The notes beneath the pieces are model-generated. The model was not told the origin of the DNA and ran no database searches. It was given only the letters and a program-made list of their open reading frames with translations. From Octopus vulgaris (lineage: Eukaryota), in the NCBI GenBank assembly GCA_951406725.2, contig OX597814.1:211172001-211236000 (forward strand): DNA of 64,000 nucleotides, in the 5' to 3' direction. The position numbers and the translations under genes are program-made. Positions 55,315-64,000 of this stretch are shown piece after piece (within the stretch, counting starts at the first letter, position 1; each line of letters starts with the position of its first letter).

Positions 55315-55668
55315 TATATTATATTATATATATGAGACGAAAGCAATAAATGGAATAAAGGAACTCAACACGGTGTCTTAAAAAAAATTCTATTAGCTTG
55401 CCGCTGAAAGGAAATGGGAACGTTCCTAACGCTTTTGAAGCTAGTTAATCGTCAGAAGAGAAATGAATAAGGTAAACGCTTAATGAGAGTGCAAGAGGAA
55501 AAATATTTGCAGTTAAGAAATGCTGGCGAAGGTTTGAGGATCAAATTGACATGCAGTCCTATATATCGAGTTGCGAATGTGGTATGAAAACATAGATAAG
55601 CGCGGCATATGTACGTATATTGTGTAGTGAGTGGTATGAGTATCAGGTTAAAATGGACATGTTTATGA

Positions 55669-55703
<35 letters not shown>

Positions 55704-55707
<4 letters not shown>

Positions 55708-57325
55708 CTCCCCAATACACTTTATCGGACATAACATTTGGCGCTCCTGATGTCTTAGCAGCAATAAAGGAAATGAAGCATAATTCAGCAGTAGGTCCCG
55801 ATAGGTTCCCTGCTTGTGTCTTGAAGATGTGTCAAAACCAACTTGCACCCCCTCTAGCCAATCTGTGGCGGAACTCACTGGATGCTGGATATATACCAGA
55901 GGACCTTCTATCCCAGTCTGTTGTCCCAGTTTTCAAAAAGGAAACAAATCACTTGCCGTGAATTACCGTCCAATCTCACTCACCTCTCATATCATCAAGG
56001 TATTTGAGAGGGTGCTGAGATCGCGTATGACTCACTTCCTTGAGAGGCATAATATGCTGAACCCCAACCAGCATGGATTCCGTAATGGGAGAGATTGCCT
56101 GACGCAGCTACTGCATCATTTTGATGACATTTTGAGAGCCTTGGGAGAAGGTTCCAACACTGATGTCATCTACCTTGATTTCAGCAAGGCCTTTGACAGG
56201 GTTGATCATAAGATCCTTCTGAGAAAGCTGTCCAATATTGGTGTCACTGGAAAGTTGCTGCAGTGGATCAAGTGCTTCCTGTCTAACAGAACCCAACATG
56301 TTGTAGTCGAAGGAGTCAAATCCAGCCCAGCCAAAGTCAGCAGTGGTGTCCCACAAGGCACTGTGTTGGGCCCACTTCTCTTCATCATCTACATAAATGA
56401 TATTACTGATACCATCAAACACAGTAACATCAGAACCTTCGCTGATGACTCCAAGCTCCAGAAGGTCATCAATGGCGTGGATGACCGAATAAACCTTCAG
56501 TCAGACCTACTGGCTGTTGTCCAATGGGCGGAAAAGAATAACATGTTGCTAAATGAAGACAAATTTGAACTGATCCACTTTGGAAGGGAGGACGCTCTGA
56601 AACTCCCATACTCTCTTCCTTCTGGAGAAATTATCATGGCATCCAACAACATCAGAGACCTGGGAGTAACAGTGGACAACAACATAAGCTGGGCTACACA
56701 TATAAGCAGCAAAGTTGACATGGCCCGCAGAATGTGTTCCTGGATTCTCAGAACCTTCCAGTCGAGAGATTCCCACGCTATTATCCTTCTCTTCTCCACT
56801 TTTGCCCGACCCCACCTTGAATACTGCTGTCCACTGTGGTCTCCCTACACAAAACAAAATATTATGAGAATTGAAGCTCCCCAAAGGTCAATCACAAAAA
56901 AGATAGATGGCATGTCAGACCTTGACTACTGGGGTAGACTAGAGAAGCTGAAATTGTATTCACTCCAACGACGCCGTGAACGCTACATTATCTGTATGAT
57001 GTGGAAAATATTCCACCAGCACTGTCCGAATGATGTTGGCATCACCTTCAAAATGCATCCAAGGCTTGGACCACGTGCCATCCGTCCACAACAAAAATCT
57101 AAATCGCATCACATAACGACAATACGGCACAACTATTTCACCTCAATTGAACCTGCTCTCTTCAACATTACACCAGGGCACGTGAAAAAAGAAACTGACC
57201 ACACAAAATTCAAGAAGTTTTTGGACAAATTCCTTCAAACAGTACCGGACAAACCACCCACACCCGGATATGTCTCCGCAAACAATAACTCTCTGCTCGA
57301 ATGGGACTTGGTGCCCAAATCCTGA
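55704..57325 (+). pseudogene. LINE ORF2 reverse transcriptase (endonuclease absent; one frameshift near 55935-55940)
   Basis: NYRPISLTS, QHGFR, YLDFSKAFD, GVPQGTVLGPLLF, FADD, RDLGV, RPHLEY motifs; open to the TGA ending at 57325. Confidence 0.93.
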
Positions 57326-57412
57326 ACTGAAAGACTTCACCAGGTAGTGCTATTAAGTTAGACATGGCCTGGGCCAATACTGGCCAACACCTTTCTAAGT
57401 TATTCTAAGTTA
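55704..57412 (+). mobile_element. 5'-truncated CR1-type LINE
   Basis: ORF2 RT region, short 3' UTR with hairpin potential and (TTCTAAGTTA)2 tail; (TA)n on both sides. Confidence 0.92.
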
Positions 57413-57489
57413 TATATATATATACACATATATATATATATACATATACATATATATCTACACACACATGTATATACAGATACATACAT

Positions 57490-57581
<92 letters not shown>

Positions 57582-57584
<3 letters not shown>

Positions 57585-58085
57585 TAGGAGTGTCTGTGTG
57601 GTAAGAACCCTGCTTCCCAACCACACGCTTCAGGTTTCAGTCCCTCCGCATGGTACCTTGGCCATATGTCTTCTACGATAGCCTCGGGCCGACCAGAACC
57701 TTGTGAGTGGATTTGGTAGACAGAAACTGAAAAGCGGCGAGCTGGCAGAAACGTTAGCACACCGGGCAAAATGCTTTGTGGTACTTTGTCTGCCGCTACG
57801 TTCTGAGGTCGACTTTGCCTTTCATCCTTTCGGGGTCGATTAAATAACTACCAGTTACGCAATGGGGTCGATATAATCAACTTAATCCGTTTGCCTGTCC
57901 TTGTTTGTCCTTTCTGTGTTTAGCACATTGTAGGCAGTAAAGAAACTGAAAGAAGCCAGTATTTGTATGTTTGCGGGAGTGTATGCATTTATGTGGCTGT
58001 GTCTGCGTTCGTTGACAACGTAGTGGTTCCGTAAAAAATACCGATAGAATAAGATTTAAACCCTTTGGCTGAAACAAGTAAAAAA
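57582..58085 (+). mobile_element. SINE family A interrupted by a family D SINE (57733-57940)
   Basis: A head to 57732, D body, then A resumes; duplicated AGAAACTGAAA at 57722-57732 and 57941-57951. Confidence 0.85.
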
Positions 58086-58110
58086 AAAATGAAGAATACA
58101 CACACATACA

Positions 58111-58172
<62 letters not shown>

Positions 58173-58854
58173 TGTGTATGTGTGTGCAAACAGTATGCGA
58201 CAATGAAATAACATAAATGTTATATGAAGCTATTTGTCTAGCGATAGTGTTCATGACATGTGATAAGAGTACATTCATACACCTAATACGCTACTATTAT
58301 CTTTTAGTTAGCATAGAGGTTGGGCCTCCTGCACGACAGGTGATTACGGAGGAATGATGCCACGGAGATTCGTGCTGCAGATGGCAGCCAGTTAGCTGGC
58401 TTGCTAGATAAATAGATGTGGTGAGTATATCAGAATACGAATTCATATACATATATATACACACTTAAATAATATATAGATACATGCATACACACACACA
58501 TATATATATAAATGCGTAAATACATATATATCTTCTATCTATATCTTATATTACTGGCATCAGTCTTTGGATTGAGGCTAGTCTGGGGAACCACGTTGAA
58601 GTGTTAGTCGGACAAATCGAAAAGAATACTTAATTTTAAAGACTGCTATTAATTCTTCGCTTTCTGGTGAACGTTTTAAGTTACAGGGAGGGAAATCAAA
58701 GCCACTTTTCAAAGGGGGTCGGCTAGAAATAAATGCTCAAAGACGCACATTTCTACACACACACACATGCACAGCGCCTCAAAAATGGTAGACACACTTT
58801 TACAGCAGATTGCTGAAATATTTCTTTCTTTTCAGATTTCACACATCAGAATTA

Positions 58855-59855
58855 ACCCTTTAAATAAATGTTGTCGGGAATATGAAAACGAACTTGAAGT
58901 GCAAAATTAGAATAGAAGAGAATTTCAATCAGATCCGCCTGCGCAGATAACCGTCTTCGAACCAGTAAGGAATTTGAATCTGATGGAAATGTACAGGATA
59001 TACTCAGGACCCGTTCCAGAAGACTACGGGGGTCAACTAACCCCAGAAAGTAAGAAAAGCTACTGGTAAGTTTTCCCATAAATCTGTTTGGCAAGCAATC
59101 CGTGACGTAGAGATTTCTAAAACGTCTATCCATCGTATTTTGAAGCGCTGCCATTGGAAACGTTATATCTCAACATTAGTCCATGCTCATAATTATAGAC
59201 GATACAGACGGAAGAATGGAGTTTTGCGAATGGTAGTTAAGAAAATGCTTAGAAGATCTACGCTTTCCAATAAAATTTGTGTTGAGTGATGAGGCCACAT
59301 TTAAATTAAATGGTTCAGTTGCACGAATTAGGGTGCTTTAGTTAAAAGATAAGGGTACCTTCTTGAGTCATGCTGACTCATAAAGGCCGGTTTCTCTGTG
59401 TCCATGGCGTATAAATTCCCTGCCTGCATGAGGCGCCTGTTCGTCAGAAGATTACTTATTTTTGACAGCTGAGTGCATTGAAGCAACGTGAAAGGAAGTG
59501 TTTTGCTCAAGAACGCAACACGTCGCTCGGCCCACTAAAATCTTGCGATCATGAGTGTAACATCCTAACCACTAAGCTACGTGCCTCCACGCAGAGGTGT
59601 ATGATTCTACCTGAATAAGATCTTGTCAGACAGGTGTATTGGAAGAAGAGGTCTAACCTCATTCACCAGACATCACACCTTTAGACATTTTTCTGATGGT
59701 GATATTTAAAAATAAAGTGTACGCAAATGAGAGTTGTCACTGGATGAGAATGCACTTAAATAACTAATGAAGGAGAATCCATCATCAAGCCGGGACTGCA
59801 CCCGAAAACATTTATCTTCAGATATAGAGGAGAACGATGTGGTAAAATGTTGAGG
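58855..59855 (+). mobile_element. Tc1/mariner transposase remnant interrupted by a SINE
   Basis: Frameshifted motifs [19 protein letters not shown] and PHSPDITPLD.F.W.YLKNKVY. Confidence 0.78.
59329..59590 (-). mobile_element. tRNA-derived SINE family C
   Basis: Minus-strand head GTGGAGGCACGTAGCTTAGTGGTTAGG (like family B) with a different body (CTTGAGCAAAACACTT...CACTCAGCTG); sits within the transposase remnant. Confidence 0.7.
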
Positions 59856-59857
59856 TG

Positions 59858-60052
59858 TGGAGCTGGCAGAATCGCTAGCACACCGGGCAAAATGCATAGT
59901 CGCATTTGGTAGGTATATATCTTCTGAGTTTGAATTTCACCCAAGTTGACTTTTGCCTTTTATCCTTTCCAGTTCGATAAATGAAATACAAATTAGGCAC
60001 TGGGGTGGGTGTCACCGATTTAGCCCTCTCACCCGAAATTGCTGGATCAGTG
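59858..60052 (+). mobile_element. SINE family D, degenerate
   Basis: GAGCTGGCAGAATCGCTAGCACACCGGGCAAAATGC...GACTTTTGCCTTT. Confidence 0.7.
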
Positions 60053-60488
60053 CCTGTTAAAGCGTTAAACTAAAACGAAACGTTAATGGAGAAACATAAC
60101 AGTGCAGAAAAGTTTTGCGACAGAGCAAACATAATAAAATGCAATGCAAACCGCATATTACCCAACTAACTCAGGGGGAAAAGAACACCGAACATAGAGA
60201 GTTTCCTTAATCCACCCCATTCTCCTCACGTTGCTTCATGTGGCTGCCAACATTTTGTATCATTGCAATATCATTTAAAGAACGATCTTGAATATTTCTT
60301 TGTCTCAAAACACGAAGAATTGTGTGCCTGAGGGATAAACAAGTTGCCAAGTAGTGGGTATTAACTTATCAATAATAAGATGAAATATTACCGTGATTAA
60401 ATATATCAATTCAGACAAAAGAAGCATTTGTCTCTTTCCCATCTTGAAACGCGACAAGACTTACAATATGTATGTATATATGTACGCA

Positions 60489-60537
<49 letters not shown>

Positions 60538-60737
60538 GAGTATATATATTTATGTATATATGTAGCATGTATGTATGTATATATGTATGTATGGCGATGC
60601 AAAGAGGAAAAATAGAAATCAGAATATAAATATACTTATATACTTTTCAATATATAGCTAAATCAACGGTGATTCAAACGACAAGGATTTCGTGTTAACG
60701 CATGAAATACTTGGCTCTTGACTATATTGCTTATTAT

Positions 60738-60812
<75 letters not shown>

Positions 60813-60842
60813 CATACATACATACATACATACATACATACA

Positions 60843-60873
<31 letters not shown>

Positions 60874-61120
60874 GTATCTATACGATGGCCTTTTTACTTT
60901 CCTCCTAACAAATTCAATCAGAGGTCTTTAGTCGGGTGGAGGTTATAAGAGAAAACACTTGCCCAAGGTGCTGCGCAATGAGGCTGAGCCTGAATCCCTG
61001 TGCTTTAGAAGTAACTTTCTTCATGCACAACACAGTTGAGCCTATATAGGTATATTTCTTTTAAAATTTATTTCATCTACTTCTTAGCTCATGAGCTGTG
61101 GCCATGCTGGGGCACTGCCA

Positions 61121-61177
<57 letters not shown>

Positions 61178-61226
61178 GTATATTTATATGCATATATATG
61201 TATACACATATCTATATATATATATG

Positions 61227-61269
<43 letters not shown>

Positions 61270-61299
61270 TTATGTATGTGTGTGTGTATGTATGTAGGT

Positions 61300-61840
61300 A
61301 TAGTGTTCGGGCAGAATAATGACAACACCTAGCATCATAGCATCACAATTTTGAAATAGCTATATAACCGCCAAAAGCTCGTTTAATTTTATAGTTTTTG
61401 ATTTATTATTAGTGTTGCTCATTACATTTTGCTAAAATTGCTTTTTCCTTTCATATATCATCAGAAAAAAGGTAATTAAAATTCACTAAAATGACAGATC
61501 TATCGGACTTTCAAATATGTCAAACTCTTGGTGCTCGTATGGCACGAAATAAGCCTAAATGTTTGGTGTATCAAGACAGATGGTCTCGACAGTAGTGACA
61601 GCCTTTGAGAAAAAGGGAAAAAACTCCTCGATGAAACAAAATTCCGGAAGAAAACCAAAATTTCAGATAGGGACCATGGGACTGTTACGCGAATTGTTAG
61701 AAAGGATCACAAAAGTACACATCCTAAAATTACTGCAGAGCTTAATGACCACCTCGAGAACTCTGTTTCCACAAAAACTGTTCGCCAGGAGCTGCACAAA
61801 TCTGAATTTCATGGGAGGGCTGCAATCAGGAAACCTATTT
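61300..61840 (+). mobile_element. Tc1-like transposon 5' fragment
   Basis: MTDLSDFQ..LGARMA, MFGVSR.., NSGRKPK, ITAELN.HL, STKTVRQELHK..FHGRAAIRKP (paired-like HTH region); probable TIR near 61301. Confidence 0.82.
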
Positions 61841-61851
61841 AACCACCTCAC

Positions 61852-61905
61852 ATTGTCTCTGATTTAGGGATATCCATAATATCCCAGAAATAGCTGTAAG
61901 ACTAT
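61852..61905 (+). ncRNA. Hammerhead-ribozyme-like fossil (type I topology, PLE-type)
   Basis: Stem I GTCT/AGAC, core CTGATTTA (mutated), stem II GGGATAT/ATATCCC, A-GAAA, palindromic AGCT loop, GTA cleavage triplet. Confidence 0.45.
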
Positions 61906-62000
61906 ATCCATATCTCCTTTCTTATACATATATGCTGATAACTCCTCACAACCTTGGCTTTGTTAACCTCATTTTATCTAATATGTGTGTGTGCATGTAT

Positions 62001-62037
<37 letters not shown>

Positions 62038-62078
62038 AATATATATACATATATACATATACATATATATATATATAT

Positions 62079-62144
<66 letters not shown>

Positions 62145-62432
62145 CATATATATATAAATATACATACAGATATACATATACATATATTGGTAACTATGTG
62201 GATTAAGAAATTTGGTACATCAAATATATTACATATATTACATGTATTAGTTTTAGTACGAAATAACTCGGAACTGGGAGGTAACGGTCAAATTTTCATT
62301 TTAAAAGAGTAACATATACTCCACCAAACATTATTGAGTTATCCTTCAACTGAATGTCATGTTTTTACTATATATAGCTCAATATAAAAAGAAACTCCAA
62401 CATGTGTGTGTGTGTATGTATGTATGCCTATA

Positions 62433-62474
<42 letters not shown>

Positions 62475-62839
62475 CGTCAGTTTGTCTGTGCGTGTTTCTG
62501 TGTGTCTGTTTGCTTGTACCCTCACCCTGACCACGGCTTTCAACCGATTCTGATTAAACTTGACACACACATAGCCCAATGTCATAATTCAAAACTAACG
62601 CACCGAAAATTTTGAAAAGTTCCCCCAGTTCTGAAAAAAATCGATAAATTCGACATGGGGTCGACAATCAGAAACACAAACAGCAAATTGTCTAGGGGAC
62701 GCAACTCCACCTTTTTAACTAAAAAAAAATTTACCATCATTTTTTTCCATTTATTTGCTACTTTTGGGCTATAACTCTCTAAAAATGCCTTATAGTTATT
62801 TCCCTTACAAACCTGAGCAACGCCGGGCGATACTGCTAG
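62433..62839 (+). mobile_element. Non-autonomous Helitron
   Basis: A|TC start, 3' hairpin CCTGAGCAACGCCGGG, canonical CTAG|T end. Confidence 0.85.
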
Positions 62840-64000
62840 TATATATATATATGTGTGTGTGTGTGTGTATGTGTGTGTGTGCATGTGTATGTGTATACAA
62901 ATATACATTTATATACATATATATTGACATATATATGTATATTTTTCCACCTTTAAAATTACATCACTTTTTTCAGAGGTCTTGTATAAGGTTAACATTC
63001 TCTCATAACATAACTTTGTAAGGGGATCTTTTCTAGAACGCTTGTAGTTTTCTTGCTTTAGGTTTGACCTTATCGTCACACGGTTCAAAATATTTAGTGA
63101 ACAAAATCACCCCAATTTTCTGACATCAAATCACATTAAATGAAATTTACTTCTTCTAGGACAGAGATCGATAAAATAAACGCCATTCACGTACTAAGAT
63201 CAACTCACTCGAATTATCCTGCTTAACATATGCTGCATACTAATATAATGTAGCTTTCAATGCAGCAGAGCCAAAGTAACTGAAACGTCTTACAACGATC
63301 AGACTTGAATTAGGAATTTCACAATTCTATATTAACTTTATTACGTCTGATTCAATTAACTACTGTCCAACACTTAACAAACCTGGCCATATTGAAATAT
63401 AAAGTATGTAGTTAATTTTAATGGTATACGATGTCTCCTTGTTCGTTTATTTTTCAATGTCGTAGTTTAATATGTGCATTGACGTCGCAAACAATATTAC
63501 TAAAGTAAGAATTTGTTACAAAAGGTTTGTATAACATATGTTCATAATTTCTTTTATAATTCCATCATTAACTCAAGTTATGAAGTTTTGGAATTTTAAA
63601 GAGCGCATACAAAGAAAATGTTCATTAATTATCTCTTTCTCTCATCTTTGCATACATTGATTCTCTTCAGCTGTATGTTTTGAGTGAAATGTTTATTATG
63701 CAACTTCAATTTTACAAGAACGAGCAGATGAATTAAATTACAACTTATAGAATTTTTAGTTCACTTTTAGTGAACGATGTTTAGTAAGCATTAATTTATT
63801 GGAAATGCATGTAAAGGAACCTATTCTTTTATACTCGAACGCATGGTGCAAAAGAATCATTAGTTATTCAACACTAGATAGAATATGAACAAATTGCAAT
63901 TTATGTTCTAGTTATGATGACATTGCCTGTTATGGCAGGTGCAAATCTATTAATCACATGACGATTATTAAATTTATGTTACGTAATATTCAAATTGATT

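Noticed and set aside
55423-55460. Minus-strand CTGACGA...AAAAGCGTTA as a hammerhead
   Set aside because: No GAAA and stems do not pair convincingly.
56108-57340. Minus-strand ORFs over the LINE
   Set aside because: Antisense shadows of RT ORF2.

Overview
AT-rich, microsatellite-dense eukaryotic DNA with one 100-N gap (12144-12243). I found no host protein-coding gene; almost all ORF-track entries are translated (TA)n/(CA)n/(TACA)n/trinucleotide repeats or transposon pieces. The repeat content resembles a coleoid cephalopod, probably Octopus (inference), and the window is likely intergenic or a large intron. It contains: four tRNA-headed SINE families (labelled A-D here), several with clear target-site duplications and nesting; a 5'-truncated, nearly intact CR1-type LINE (55704-57412); remnants of RTE, REL-endonuclease (R4/Dong-like) and APE LINEs; mariner/Tc1 remnants, a Chapaev3-like transposon, two non-autonomous Helitrons and several hairpin MITEs. 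The most interesting signal is a set of short repeats resembling Penelope-like element (PLE) terminal repeats, many embedded in microsatellites, that carry minimal hammerhead-ribozyme-like cores, some with family-shared non-canonical core bases.
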